Assembly (NCBI GenBank): GCA_028826165.1 | Contig: JAPDFW010000025.1 | Coordinates: 6,521-70,520, forward strand | Source: Anaeramoeba ignava BMAN | Lineage: Eukaryota > Protista > Anaeramoebae | Length of the DNA stretch: 64,000 nucleotides | Reading direction: 5' to 3' | Shown: piece by piece, positions 35,630-50,902 of the stretch | How the letters are laid out: each line of letters opens with the position of its first letter | How positions within the stretch are numbered: the first letter of the stretch is position 1 | Position numbers and translations under genes: made by a program | Notes under the pieces: generated by a model | What the model was told of the DNA's origin: nothing | Database searches by the model: none | Seen by the model: only the letters and a program-made list of their open reading frames with translations

Positions 35630-38620
35630 ATTTAATAATCAATTTAATAATCAATTTAATAATTAATTTAATAATCAATTTAATAATAAATTTAATAATC
35701 AATTTCAAATCAAGTTAATAATCAATTTAATAATTAATTTAATAATCAATTTAATAATCAATTTAATAATCAATTTAATAATCAATTTAATAATTAATTT
35801 AATAATTAATTTAATAAGTAAGTTAACAATCCAAATTTAAATATCAGTTTAACATTAATACAATAATAAATTTAATAATCAATTTAATAATTAATTTAAT
35901 AATCAATTTAATAATTAATTTAATAATTAATTTAATAATAAATTTAATAATCAATTTAATAATAAATTTAATAATAAATTTAATAATCAATTTTAATAAT
36001 CAATTTAATAATCAATTTAATAATCAATTTAATTTAATAATTAATTTTCTAAAATTTAAATCAATTAATATCAATTTAATAATCAATTTAATAATCAATT
36101 TATTAATAATTTTTAAAATCAATTTAATAATCAATTTAATAATAAAAAATTTTAATCAATTTAATAATCAATTTAATAATAATCAATTTTAATAATCAAT
36201 TTAATAATCATTTTTAATTTAATAATCAATTTTAATAATTTAATTTAATTTAATAATCAATTTTAATTAATTTAATCAAATTTAATAATAAATTTAATAA
36301 TCAATTTAATAATAAATTTAATAATTAATTTAATAATTAATTTTAATAATTTATTCTAAAATCATTTAAAAATCAATTTCTAAATCAATTCTAAATCAAT
36401 TAATAAATCAATTTATAAATAAATTTCTAAATCAATTATAAATCAATTATAAATCAATTTAACCAAATCAGAAATAAAATATAAATCAATCCAAATCAAT
36501 TCTAAAATCAATTATAAATCAATTCTAAATTTCTAAATCAATTTCAAATCAATTTAAATCAATTCTAAATCAATTTTAAAAGTAATTAATTTAATAATTA
36601 ATTTAATAATCAATTTAATAATTTAATAATTAATTTAATAATCAAATTTAATAATCAATTTAATAATCAATTTTAATAATCAATTTAATAATCAATTACC
36701 GTATAAATTTAATAATCAATTTTAATCAATTTTAATTAATCAATTAATAATTAATTTAATAATCAATTTTAATAATCAATTTAATAATCAATTTAATAAT
36801 CAATTTAATAATCAATTTAATAATCAATTTAATAATTAATTTAATAATCAAATTTAATAATCAATTTAATAATTCAATTTAATAATCAATTTAATAATCA
36901 ATTTAATAATCAATTTAATAATTAATTTAATAATCAATTCAAAATCAATTTAATAATAAATTTAATAATTAATTTAATAATTAACTAATAAATTTAATAA
37001 TAAATTTAATAATCAATTTAATAATCAATTTAATAATCAATTTTAATAATCAATTTTAATAATAATTTAATTTAATAAATCAATTTAATAATTAATTTAA
37101 TAATAAAATTTAATTTAAAATTAATTTAATAATTAATTTAATAATCAATTTAATAATCAATTTAATAATAAATTTTAATAATCAATTCAATAATCAATTT
37201 TTAATAATCAATTCCAAATAATCAATTTCAAATAATCAATTTTAATAATCAATTTAAAATCAATTTTACAATAAATTTTAATAATCAATTTAATAAAAAA
37301 TTTAACAATTCAATTTAATAATCAATTTAATAATCAATTTAATAATCAATTTTAATAATCAATTTTAATCAATTTAATAAAATTTAATAAATAAATTTAA
37401 CCAATAATTAATTTAATAAAAATTTAATAATCAATTTAATAATCAATTTAATAATCAATTTAATAATCAATTTAATAATCAATTTAATAATCAATTTAAT
37501 AATCAATTTAATAATCAATTATAATAATCAATTTAATTTAATCAAATTTAATCAATTTAAATTAATTTAATTTAATCAATTTAATAATTAATTTAATCAA
37601 TTTAATAATTAATTTAATAATCAATTTAATAATCAATTTAATAATCAATTTTTAATAATCAATTTAATAATCAATTTAATAATCAATTTAATAATCAATT
37701 TAATAATCAAGTTAATAATCAATTTAATAATCAAAATTTTAATAATCAATTTTAATAATCAATTTAATAATCAATTTAATAATCAATTTAATAAATCAAT
37801 TTAATAATCAATTTAATAATTAATTTAATAATCAATTTAATAATAAATTTAATAATCAATTTAATAATTAATTTAATAATTAATTTAATAATTAATTTAA
37901 TAATTAATTTAATAATTAATTTAATAATCGAATTTAATAATTAATTTAATAATTAAATTTAAAAATCAATTTAATAATCAATTTAATAATCAATTTATTA
38001 ATTAATTTTAATAATCAATTTAATAATCAATTATAAATCAATTTTATAAATCAATTTATAAATCAATTTATAAATCAATTATAAATCAATTATAAATCAA
38101 TTCTAAATCAATTCTAAATCAATTTATAAATCAATTTATAAATCAATTATAAATCAATTAAATCATTATAAATCAATTTTAAAATCAATTTTAATAATTA
38201 AATTTAATAATTAATTTAATAATAAATTTAATAAGTAAGTTAATAAGTAATTTAACAATCCAAATTTAATAATCAATTTTAATAATCAATTTAATAATAA
38301 ATTTAATAATCAATTCAATAATAAATTTAATAATTAATTTAATAATCAATTTAATAATTAATTTAATAATTAAGTTAACAATCCAAATTTAATAATTAAT
38401 TTAATAATTAATTTAATAATCAATTTAATAATTAATTTAATAATCAATTTAATAATTAATTTCATAATAAATTTAATAATCAATTTAATAATCAATTTAA
38501 TAATCAATTTAATAATCAATTCCAAATAAATTTAATAATTAATTTAATAATTAATTTAATAATTAATTTAATAAGTAAGTTAACAATCCAAATTTAAATA
38601 TCATTTTAACATTAATAAAT
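35630..38620. repeat. 12-bp minisatellite (AATTTAATAATC)n, noisy in its central part
   Basis: Direct inspection. It separates the two oxidoreductase paralogs. Confidence 0.9.
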
Positions 38621-39068
38621 AATTAAAATATTTACCTTTTCAATTCAAATGATAATGATAATAATAATGGAAATAATGATGGCAAAAAATATTAATAGAA
38701 AAAATTAAATAGAAAAAATAAATTAATAAAAAGAATTTGGAATTGAAAGAAAATAAAATTTTTTTATTTGAGACTCCCCCAATTTAATTAAAAAAAAACA
38801 AAATCAAACCAAAAATAAGTAAAATCCAAACAAAAACTCAAAAAAAAGAATTGAAAAGTTTTTTTTATTTTTTGGAACACTAAATTAACTTTCTTTTAAT
38901 TATTTCAAAACAAAAAAATATTATATCAGTTCAATTACAAATCTCTTTTAAAAAAATGTTGGATAATTGTTACTCCCCCATTTATAAAAAAAAAAGTTTA
39001 AAAGCAATCCAAAAAAAAAAAATTTTGATTCATTTCTTTTTTTTTTTTTTTTGTTTAAATTTATATCA

Positions 39069-40516
39069 ATGTTTCCAAATTTAATTAACAAACTAAAACC
39101 ACAAACCAAAACAATTCAATTAGCACGAACCTTTTTGAAATCATTTAAAGTAAGATATAAAGGAAATAAGAAAAACAATTTAAAATAAAAATTAAAAATT
39201 TTTAAATAAAAAGATCAATTAAAAAAGAAGAAACAAAAAATTTTTTTTTTTAAAAAGATCAATAAAAAAAATACTCTTTATTTTTTTAACATAATTTAAT
39301 CTTTTAATTTAAATTTTTTTAATTTGATTTTTGATTTTTATTTAAAAAAAAAAAGACCCAAACAAACTTTGATACAATCATTATTGGAGCTGGTTCAATC
39401 GGTGTTCCGACTGCAATGGAACTCCAAGAAGCAGGACTCAAAGTTCTTGTTCTTGATAAACGAGCATCACCAGGTCAAGGAGACAACAAACGAGCACTTG
39501 GGGGAATTCGAGCAACACATTCAAACGCATCAAAAATAATTTCAGGATTAAGATCATTAAAAATATTCTCACAATGGAAAGAAAAACACGGATTTGATAT
39601 AGAATGGAAAAAGGGAGGATATTTATTTCCAGTTTATCGAGAAGCGGAAGAAAAAGCGTTGAAATCAATTTTGCCGTTTCAGAAATCATTTGGGATGGAA
39701 ATAGACTTTATAAGTGCGGATCGAGTGAAAGAATTAGTACCAGGAATTAGCGAAGAAGGATTACGAGGAGGAACATGGTCACCAAACGATGGTTCAGCAT
39801 CACCAATGCTTTCATCATTAGGATTTTATAAATATGCAACCGAACTTGGAGCACAATTTCATTTCAAAGAAGAAGTGATTGAGTTTATAAGAGATAGTCA
39901 TGGAACATTAACAGGAGTTAAAACAACACAAGGGAAATATCACGCACCAATCATCATTGACGCAGCAGGAGCTGCATCACCAAAACTAATGAAACAAATT
40001 GGATTAGAGCTTCCTGTCGAACCAGATTCACACGAGGCTGGGATCACAGCACCCGTTCAGAGACTGTTTTCCCCAATGGTTATTGACATGCGACCAACTA
40101 AGGGATCCAAAAATTGTTACTTCTACCAGAATTATCACGGTCAGATAATCTTCTGTTATACTCCAGATCCTGTTATCAAAGGTTTGGATCGCGAAGAAAC
40201 TTCTACTTTCCTTCCTCACGTCGCTAAGCGGATGATTAAAGTCCTCCCACGTCTCGCTAATCTTCGTGTTCGTCGTACTTGGAGAGGATTATATCCTATG
40301 ACCCCTGATGGTCATCCCCTTCTTGGTTGGAATAAAGAAGTCAAAGGTCTCTTTACTGCTACTGGTATGTGCGGTCAAGGCTTTTTGCTTGGCCCAGGTT
40401 ATGCTACTGCTATCAGAAGCGCTATTACACAAAATGAAATTGAAAAAGATGATGATGTAATTCTTTCTGCTGCTGACCCCCATAGAACCTTCAAGGGAAC
40501 TGAAATTTTCAAATAA
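39069..40516 (+). CDS. FAD-dependent oxidoreductase, tandem paralog (copy 2); exons 39069-39149, 39356-40516
   Basis: Same exon structure (81-nt exon 1, same intron position) and high identity to copy 1. Confidence 0.9.
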
Positions 40517-40598
40517 TTTTTTTGTTCCACTTTTTTTTTTCAATTCATTTTTTTTTTTAAAATCATTTTTTTCATTTTTTTTTTTTCATTTTAAAATT

Positions 40599-42924
40599 AT
40601 GAATTTCCTTTCTTTTTTATTCTTTACTTTTCTTTTTATATTCATTACTTCTTCTAAATCAGATTCTTTAAATAATTTTGAAATTGAAGGAAAAGTAATA
40701 ATTCCAGGAACATCTCGAATTCCTCAATTTAAAATTATATTAAATGGAGGAAAATATGTTTCTTTTACAGCTTTAAATGGAAAATTTAATTTGTAAAAAA
40801 TTTAAATAAAAATTTAAATAAAAATTTAAATAAAAAATTTAATTAAAAAATTTAATTCATAAAAAAAAAAAGTCATGGTTTGCAAAAAGGTGTTTATTAT
40901 CTTGAGGTAGTTTCTTCAGATTATATTTTTTCTCCAGTAATTTTTTTAACTCAAAAAAATTTTTTTTTCTTTATAAAATAAAAAATAAAATAAAATAAAA
41001 TAAATAATAAAAAATAAATTAAAAAGGTTGTTATTGATGTTCATATGAGAAAAGAAGGAGAAATTAGAATTCAAACTGCAGATGAAACTAATAAAAAATT
41101 AAAATATCCTTTAAAATTAATTCCTCTTAAACAAGTTTATTTTTCTGTTCAAAAACCTCCTTTTCAATTTGCAAATCTTTTAAAAAATCCAATGATTTTA
41201 ATGCTTGGTTCTTCACTTATATTTATGTTTATTGTTCCGAAAATGATGAAAAATATTGGTATTCAAATCTATTATTTAATATAATATTTAATATAATATT
41301 TAATATAATATTTAATATAATATTTAATATAATATTTAATATAATATTTAATATAATATTTAATATAATATTTAATATAATATTTAATATAATATTTATT
41401 TCAATATTTAATATAATATTTAATTTAATATTTAATATAATATTTAATATAATATTTAATATAATATTTAATATAATATTCTTTTAATATAATATAATTT
41501 AATATTTAATATTTAATATAATATAATATTTAATTTAATATTTTATTTAATATTTTATTTTTTATTTTTTTAATTAATATTTAATATTTAATATAATATT
41601 TAATATAATATTTAATTTAATATTTAATACTTTTTTAATATTTAATATAATATTTAATATATATAATTATTTATAATATATATAATATTTAATTATTTAT
41701 TTTAATATTTAATAAAAGCTATTTTATTTAATTATTTAATATATTTAATATAATATTTATTATAATATTTAATTTAATATTTAATATAATATTTAATATA
41801 ATATTTTAATATTTAATATTTAATATTTAATTTTTTAATATTTATTATATAATATTTTTAATTTAATATTTAATATTTAATTATTAATATAATATTTTAT
41901 ATAATATTTAATATATATTTTTTATATTTAATTTAATATTTAATATAATATTTAATATAATATTTAATATAATATTTAATATATTTTAATATAATATTTA
42001 ATATAATATTTATTTTAATATTTAATATAATATTTAATATAATTTAATTTAATATTAAATATTTATAATATTTAATATTTAATTATAATATTTAATATTT
42101 ATATAATATATATATTTAATTTTTAATGTATAATATTTTATTTTTTTAATATTTAATATAATATTTATTTTAATATTTAATATAATATTTAATTTAATAT
42201 TTAATATTTATTTTTAATATTTAATATAATATTTAATTTAATATTTAATATAATATTTAATTTAATATTTAATTTAATATTTAATTTAATATTTAATTTT
42301 AATATTTAATTTAATATTTAATATAATATTTAATTATTTAATATAATATTTTAATTTAATATTTAATTTAATATTTAATTTAATATTTAATATAATATTT
42401 AATATAATATTTAATTTATAATATTTAATATAATATTTAATATTTAATATTTAATATAATATTTATTTTTATTTATTTTAATATAATATTTATTTTTAAT
42501 ATTTAATATTTAATATAATATTTAATATAATATTTAATATATTATTTAATATAATATTTAATATAATATTTAATTTAATATTTAATATAATATTTAATAT
42601 AATATTTAATTTAATATTTAATATAATATTTAATATAATATTTAATTTAATATTTAATATAATATTTAATATAATATTTAATATAATATTTAATATAATA
42701 TTTATTATAATATTTAATATTTAATATAATATTTAATATAATATTTAATTTAATATTTAATAACTATAGATCCAAATGATTTACCTCAACTCAACCAAAG
42801 AGATGACAAAGGAAATCCTGTTGGTTTATTGTCTCAAATGTCACAACTACTAAATCAACAAATGGAAAAAAGTCAACCAATGAAAAAAAGCACAGCAAAA
42901 AAAAACAAAAAAAAACAAAAATAA
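40599..42924 (+). CDS. EMC7: ER membrane protein complex subunit 7 (4 exons)
   Basis: Signal peptide, then IEGKV...LNGGKY....NGKF.FHGL..GVYYLEVVSSDYIFSPVVIDV...YPL...LLKNPMILM...PKMMKNIDP. The last intron is filled with (TTTAATATAATA)n. Confidence 0.88.
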
Positions 42925-43143
42925 ATCTCGAAAATAATCAAATAGAATTCTGATTAATTCAAAAGAAAAGAAAAAAAAAAAGAAAATTTACTTCAAAATC
43001 TTTTTTTTTCTGAATTAATCAAGTTTTACTTTTACTTAAATTGAAATCAAACAAAAGCAAAATAAAATAAAAATAATCCAAATATTCCACTTTTATTTCT
43101 GAAATGAATTTAAAAAAAAAAAATCAATTTAAAGAAAATGAAC

Positions 43144-44643
43144 TTAAAAACGTTTTATCAATTCAGCAAGTGGAGCAAAATCTGATTTTTTCATTAATCC
43201 AAATTCTCCAACAAAATAATAGAAATGTTTAAAAGTCTAAAAAACAAAGAAAAAAAACAAAGAAAAAAAAGAAAGAAAGAAATTTTATTAGAAATCTTTT
43301 TGTTTTGTCTTTTAATACTGTATTCAAATGTGCTTCAGCTCCAATATCAATAACCGCTTGGAAATGACAAAGAAAAATATGAGCAAAAATTCGAAATAAT
43401 CTATTCAAAAAAAATCAAAACAAAAAGAATCAAATTTTCATTATTTTTCTTTATAAAAAAAAACCTTCTAAAAATATTTGAAACAATTGATTTAAAATTT
43501 TTTGGAAAAGGTTGATCAGGATCTTTTGGGAATGAATCTAAAAAAACAATTTTATTTTTTCCAAATAATTTAATGATTTAAAGAAAATAAGGAAATTTAT
43601 AAATTAAGATTACCTTCATCATCAAGTTGTTCTTCAATCCAATTAAGTAATTTTTGGATATATTCAGGAGCACTTTTTTTTCAACATTTTTTTGAAGATT
43701 TTTTGAAGATTTAGATTTATATTTATATTTATATTTAGATTTATATTTATATTTATATTTATATTTATATTTATATTTATATTTATATTTATATTTATAT
43801 TTATATTTATATTTATATTTATATTTATATTTATATTTAGATTTATATTTATATTTATATTTATATTTAGATTTATATTTATATTTATATTTATATTTAT
43901 ATTTATATTTATATTTATATTTAGATTTAGATTTAGATTTATATTTAGATTTAGATTTAGATTTTAATTCACCTTAATCTAATAATTTTTTTCTTTTCTT
44001 GCCAAAGATATTCAAATCTAAAAAGAAAAAATTTAATTTAATTTAATTTAATTTAATTTGTGTTTAATTCCTTATTCTTACGATGGTCCTGCATTCATTA
44101 CTGGACAGGTTTCTTGAGTACAGCATGGTTCAATTGCTCCAAATAATAGGTTTGCTTTATTATAAAAATCAACAACAGCAACAGCAAGCCAACTTTTTTA
44201 ATCAAATAAATAAAAATTAAAAAAAAAAAAGTGGAATTAATTTTTTTATTCTTTTTTTTATTCTTTTTCTTTTTACTCTCCTAATGACTTGAAAATAAAA
44301 ATAAAAATAAGTTTAAATCTTTAATTAATTTTGTTTTTGTTTTATTGTTGTTTTTATTTTACTGTTTCTTTTGGTAATTTAACAGATTGTTTTAAATTAT
44401 GAGCTCCTAAAGTTGCAACTGATTCTTTATATAAAGAATATCTTTTTGTTCCAGGATCAATTTTTTTCTTTTTTCTAACAGTTTTATTTTTACTGAAAAT
44501 AATTCAAAAAAAAAAGAAAGAAAAGAAAAGAAAAAAATAAGAAAGAATTTTAATTGATCAGATGATCAACTTTGATCTAAATATAAAAAAAATCAATTTT
44601 TAATTATTAATAAAATCATTTACAAAAAACCAAAAAAACTCAT
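43144..44643 (-). CDS. MOB1: MOB kinase activator (MOB1 family), 9 exons including an 11-nt exon (44277-44287)
   Basis: Spliced product [33 protein letters not shown]...[18 protein letters not shown]...SAPEYI..LL.WI...FPKNF...[11 protein letters not shown]...HF...AEAHLNTTFKHF. Absent from the ORF track. Confidence 0.92.
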
Positions 44644-44950
44644 TTCCTTTCAAGTTTTGTTTTTAATTTTTAGTTTATAATTTTAAATTTTAAATTTTAT
44701 TAAAAAAAATTGGAAAGAAAAAAAATGAAAAAAATGGATTAAAAAAAAAAATAAAAAATTGATTAAAAAATTTTATGTAAAGTCTAAACCCAATTTGGTT
44801 TTTATTATCTTGAGAGTGAGAGTGAGTTATTAAAAAGAAAAAAGAAAGAAAAAAAAATCAAAAACTTGAACTTGAAAATGATCAAAGAAATTCAAATCAG
44901 AAAAAAAAAAGGTGAAAAAAGAAAAAAATTTTTTTTGATTTCTTATTTTT

Positions 44951-46367
44951 TTAGACTTTTTCTTGTTTTAAACCATCTTTAAAGTACCAGAAATCTTGAG
45001 AAAGACCATCATCACCAAATTTGGAAAGAATTAAAGCTCCATCAGGATTTGAACTTTCACCAAGATAGAAACTATATTCATCGAAATCTTTCATAACGGT
45101 TTTGACAAATTCTTGTGCACCTTTCATAAAAGCATCTAATCTTGATGGATTAGCTTTTTCAAGATGTCCTTTGATTTTTTTCATATATTCTTTAATTAAA
45201 GGAACAAAACTTTTTTTATTCAAGTCAATGGCTAAAAAATAACAAATAAATTTTAATTTTTAAATTTTAATTTTTAATTTTAATTATAATTTTAATTCTA
45301 ATTCTAATTTTAATTTTAAATTTAATTTTAATTCTAATTTTAATTCTAATTTTAATTTTAATTTAATTTTAATTTTAATTTTAATTTTAATTTTAATTTT
45401 AATTTTTAATTCTAATTTTAATTCTAAATTTAATTTTAATTTTAATTTTAATTTTTAAAAAGAATTTTAATTTTAATTTGAATTTTAATTTTAATTTTAA
45501 TTTTAATTCTAATTTTAATTTTAATTTTAATTTTAATTTTAATTTTAATTTTAATTTTTAATTTTAATTTTAATTTTAATTTTAATTTTAATTTTAATTT
45601 TAATTTAAATTTTTAATTTTAATTTAAAATTTTAATTTTAATTTTTAATTTTAATATTAATTTTAATTTTAATTTTAATTTTAATTTTAATTTTAATTTT
45701 AATTTTAATTTTAATTTTAAATTTTAATTTTAATTTTAATTTTAATTTTAATTTTAATTTTAATTTTAATTTTAATTTTAATTTTAATTCTAATTTTAAT
45801 TTTTATTTAAATTTTAATTTGAATTATAATTTTAATTCTAATTTTAATTTTAATTTTAAATTTAATTTTAATTTTATAAATGAATTTAAATTTAATTTTA
45901 ATTTTAATTTTTATTTAAATTTTAATTTTAATTTTATAAATGAATTTTAATTTTAATTTTAATTTTAATTTTTATTCTAATTTTATTTTTATTTTTAATT
46001 TTAATTTTTATTTTAAATTTTAATTTTAATTCTAATTTTAATTTTAAATTTTATTAATTGATAACGAACGCTTTAAATTAAATGCATCAATAATATCAAT
46101 AATTGATTCTGTTCCATCATCTAATTGTTGTTCATCATTTGAAGGAATTCCAAGATCATTTGATTTTGTAATTAACTTTTTTTTTTTATTATGATTAAAA
46201 AAAAATTTTTTTTATTAAATTTTTCTATTTTTGTTTTTATTTGTCTTAAAATTTTATTTCTATTTTACTTTTCCATGAGCTTCAATTAAAATATCACCAA
46301 CTTCTTTTACTCCAAATGCACTTGAAATTACTTCTTCTCCTGTAAAAACACACTTATAAATATTCAT
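44951..46367 (-). CDS. TPT1: Translationally controlled tumour protein (TCTP), 3 exons
   Basis: MNIYKCVFTGEEVISSAF...IDIIDAFNL...KKSF...IKEYMKKIK...F..YSFYLGESSNPDG...YFKDGLKQEKV. Confidence 0.92.
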
Positions 46368-46611
46368 TTCTCTATTATTATTATAATTATTATTATTTTT
46401 TTTTCAATAAAATAAAATGAAAAAAATGAAAAAAAAATTTTTTTTCTTTTTTTATTTTTTAAATTAAAAAAAAAAAGGAGAAAAATAATTAATTAAAAAA
46501 TAAAAATAGAGAAAAAAAATCTTTTTTTTATTTTTTTTTCTTTTTCATTTTTTTTCTTTTTCTTTTTTCTTTTTTCCAATTTTTTTTTTTAAAATAAATA
46601 CAAAAAATAAA

Positions 46612-49600
46612 ATGCAGAATCAATTAGAAAAAATAAATGGAGTCATAACAAAATATCGAAATAGAAAAAAATATACTGAATACAAACTTGTTCTTACAAG
46701 AGATACTGAAAAATGGAAAATTTATAAAAGATATTCCGATTTTCATACTCTTCATAAAAAAGTAAACAATTTCCACTATCCCAATTATAATTATAATATT
46801 AATTATAATTTTAATTTTAAATATAATTTGAATTTTAATTCTAATTTTAATATTAATTTTAATTTTAATATTAATATTAATATTAATTTTAATTCTAATT
46901 CTAATTCTAATTCTAATATTAATTTTAATTTTAATATTAATATTAATATTAATTATAATATTAATTTTTTAAATATAATTTGAATTTTAATTATAATTTT
47001 AATATTAATTATAATTTTAATATTAATTCTAATTTTAATTCTAATTTTAATATTAATTTTAATTTTAATATTAATATTAATATTAATTTTTAATTTTAAT
47101 TTTAATATTAATTCTAATTCTAATTCTAATTCTAATTCTAATTCTAATTCTAATTTTAAATATAATTTTTTAAATATAATTTTAAATATAATTTGAATTT
47201 TAATTCTAATTTTAATATTTATTTTATTTTTACCCATTTTAATTTTTTTTATTTTAATTCAATTAATTCTAATTCTAATTCTAATTCTAATTCTAATTTC
47301 TAATTCTAATTCTAATTCTAATTATTAATTTTTAATTTTTAATTTTAATATTAATTTTTAATTTTAATTTTAATTTTAATTTTAATTTAATTTTAATTTT
47401 AATTTTAATTTTAATTCTAATTCTAATTCTAATTCTAATTCTAATTCAATTCTAATTCTAATTTTAATTTTAATTTTAATTTTAATTTTAATTTTAATTC
47501 TAATTCCAATTCTAATTCTAATTTAATTTTAATTCTAATTCTAATTCTAATTTTTAATTTTTAATTTTAATTCAATTCTAATTCTAATTTTAATTTTAAT
47601 ATTCTAATTAATTCTAATTCTAATATTAATTTTAATTTTAATTTTTTTAATTCTAATATTAATTTTTAATTTTTTTAATTTTAATTTTAATTTTAATTTT
47701 ACCCCACCCCAATTCTAATTCCAATTCTAATTCTAATTTTAATTTTTTAATTTTAATATTAATTCTAATTATAATTCTTTAATTAATTCTAATTCTAATT
47801 CTAATTCTAATTCTAATTCTAAATTCTAATTTAATTTTAATTTTAATTTTAATTTTAATTTTAATTTTAATTTTAATTTTAATTTTAATTTTAATTCTAA
47901 TTCTAATTTAATTTTAATTTTAATTTTAATTCTAATTTTAATTCTAATTTTAATTCTAATTTTAATTCTAATTTTAATTTTAATTTTAATTTTAATTTTA
48001 ATTTTAATTTTAATTTTAATTTTAATTCAAAATAAAGCTTGAAGAAAGATTTCCAGTAGAATCTTTAAAATTTACAATGCCTCCAAAAAAGGTATTTGGA
48101 AAAATGAAAGAGAAAGTTGTGAGCAATCGAGTATCACAATTCAACACATATTTACAACAAATTTTATCATCAGAAACAGTTAGGCAATCAAGTTTAGTTT
48201 TAAATTTTATTGGATATGTAAAAATTTTTTTTTCAATTTTTTATTGAAAGTCAACTAACAAAAAAAACTTATTTCAAAATAATTATAGTGTCCTAGAATC
48301 TCAGGAAGTAATTTTTTATAGGAATTAAAACAATTATTTCATATATTTAGTTTGCAATTAATTAGTATTTTATTAATTTAAATTATTTTGTGATTGAAAT
48401 TTTTTTTTTCAAATTAGAATGGACAAAAATTCAACATAAAGGAGATATTCCACCTCCAAGAACTTTTTCAAATATTTTTATTTATGAAAAATTATTATAT
48501 TTATTTGGTGGTTCATCATTAAAATCAGAGAGTTTTAATGATCTTTATTCATATGATTTTGGTATATTTATTTAAATTAATTTATTAAAATTTATTTATT
48601 TAAATTAATTTATTTAAATTTATTTATTAAAATTTATTTATTAAAATTTATTAATTTAAATTTATTTATTTAAATTTATTTATTTAAATTTATTTATTTA
48701 AATTTATTTATTTAAATTTATTTATTTAAATTTATTTATTTAAATTTATTTATTAAAATAGAAGCAAATATTTGGAAACAAGAAGAAATTGGAGGAGAAG
48801 CGCCAGATACTAAAAATAATACTATTGTTTTTGCAAATGGATTGATTTATTTATTAGGAGGATTCAGAGGAGAAATTGAAACTGAATCTTTTTCACAAAA
48901 TTTAAATGAATTTTATATATTAGATATAAGTAAATCAAATTATAATTATAATCAAAATTAAAATTAAAATGAAAATGAAAATTAAAATTAAAATCAAAAT
49001 TAAAATTAAAATTAAAATGAAAATTAAAATTGAAATTAAAATTAAAATCAAAATGAAAATGAAAATGAAAATGAAAATTAAAATTAAAATTAAAATCAAA
49101 ATATTTATATTTTTATTTATATTAAAATTAAAATGAAATTCAAAATTAAAATTAAAATTAAAATATTTATATTTTTATTTATATTTATATTTATATTAAA
49201 TTTAAAATATTTATATCTGTATTTATATCAAAATTAAAATTCAAAAAAATAAGTTAAAAAACAATGGTCAAAAATCGAAGCAAAAGGTGAAACTATCACA
49301 GAACAAATACAAGCAGCTATATATCACAAAGACAAAATTTTCTGCTTCAGCTATTTTGTAACACCACATCCAACAATCTACATTTTAGATTTAGCAGAGA
49401 ACAGCGTGAAAAAAACAGAGACAAAAAATACATGCGAAGCAACTTCACTTTTGAATTTCATCGGAGTCGGAGAAAATGCATTGATTTTTGGGGGTAAATC
49501 CCTGATGACAACAGAAAACTTTGGAAACCTTTTAATACTAAATCTAGGGGAATTGCGCTTCAGGGAAATTCACCCTCTTAATACATTCACTGATCTTGCA

Positions 49601-50029
49601 AGACATTCGGGATCTTTGACATTTGTCCCTAAAAGAATATCGTCTTTAAACTCACTAAATATTGAGGAAGAAAACATACAATCTCTCCCAGAAAATGAGC
49701 GCAATCCAACAGTAAAATCACCGCTTGTTGGAGGGCTTATTATCATGGGAGGATACCAAGATAGTCACCAATTGCATTCTTTCGAAACCTTTTTTTGGTT
49801 CGATTTATCCGAACAGAAATTCTTCAAAATTCTAAATGCAAAACTCCAGTCAAATTCAAACAATCTTGAAGACCTGAATCAAGAAAAATATCTTAATGTC
49901 CCCGCTGATAGATACGGTCAATCAGCTATTTATCATAATAATAAAATCTTTCTTTTTGGTGGTGGTGGTGTTGATGAATATCATAATAAGAAATTCTTTA
50001 ATGATTTATGGGTTTTTCAATTCGATTAA
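46612..50029 (+). CDS. PX domain + kelch-repeat protein, multi-exon
   Basis: PX motifs YTEYK...KRYSDFHTLHKKL...PPKK.FG...V..R...F..YLQ. Kelch motifs GDIPPPR...LYLFGG...FNDLY and RYGQSA...IFLFGG...FFNDLW. Confidence 0.85.
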
Positions 50030-50902
50030 TTTTTTGCTTTTTTCTTATTTTTTTTCTTTCTTATTTTTTTTGATTTTATTTTTCATATTATTTTTAGCTA
50101 TTTGTTTTTGAAGGTTTTGGGTTGAAATAAATTAAGTAACTTTTTCAATTTTCAATTTTAATTTTCAATTTATAATTTTTATAAGTTTTGCTTGTCGAAT
50201 ATTAACTTGATTTTTTCTTTTGTATTTGATCTCTTTATCTTATTTTTCTGTAAATTCGAAATTTGTTGTTTCTATTTTTATTATATAAATGAATTAATTT
50301 CGAATTAAAATTTTGATCAACTTTTTTTATTTGAATTTTCTTTGTTGTTTTTCTAATTGAATTTTATTTCAAATTGAATTTAAAGTTTAGCTGTTTTATT
50401 GTCGAGTTGTTATTTTTATTGATTTAATCTTTCTGCTTTATTTGTTTTATTGGGATCTTTTTTATTTTTAATTTTTATTTATTTTTTATTGATTTATTTA
50501 AATAATTTTAAAATGCGAACAAGTTATTTTTCTTATTTTTTTCTTTTTTGTTTTATAAAAAATGATCAAAATAAATTGTAATTGAAATAAATTAAAAAGA
50601 AAAAGAGGGATTATTTAATTCCTTTCAATTTAATTTCAATTATTTATTTATTAATTATTTTAAAAAGAAATATTAATACTTACTTTCTCCATTTTTAGTT
50701 TAGAATTAATAAAAAAGAATAAGAAAAAAAAAAAAAAAATTTTTTTATTATTTTTAGAGATCAGTTTATTTTAAATTTTTATTTTATTTTTATTTTTATT
50801 TATTTTGTGAAAAAAATTTTCTTGTTATTTGTCATTCATTTTTTTACTTTTACTTTTAATTTTACTTTTACTTTTGTTTTATTTTTTTTTATTACAGTTT
50901 AA

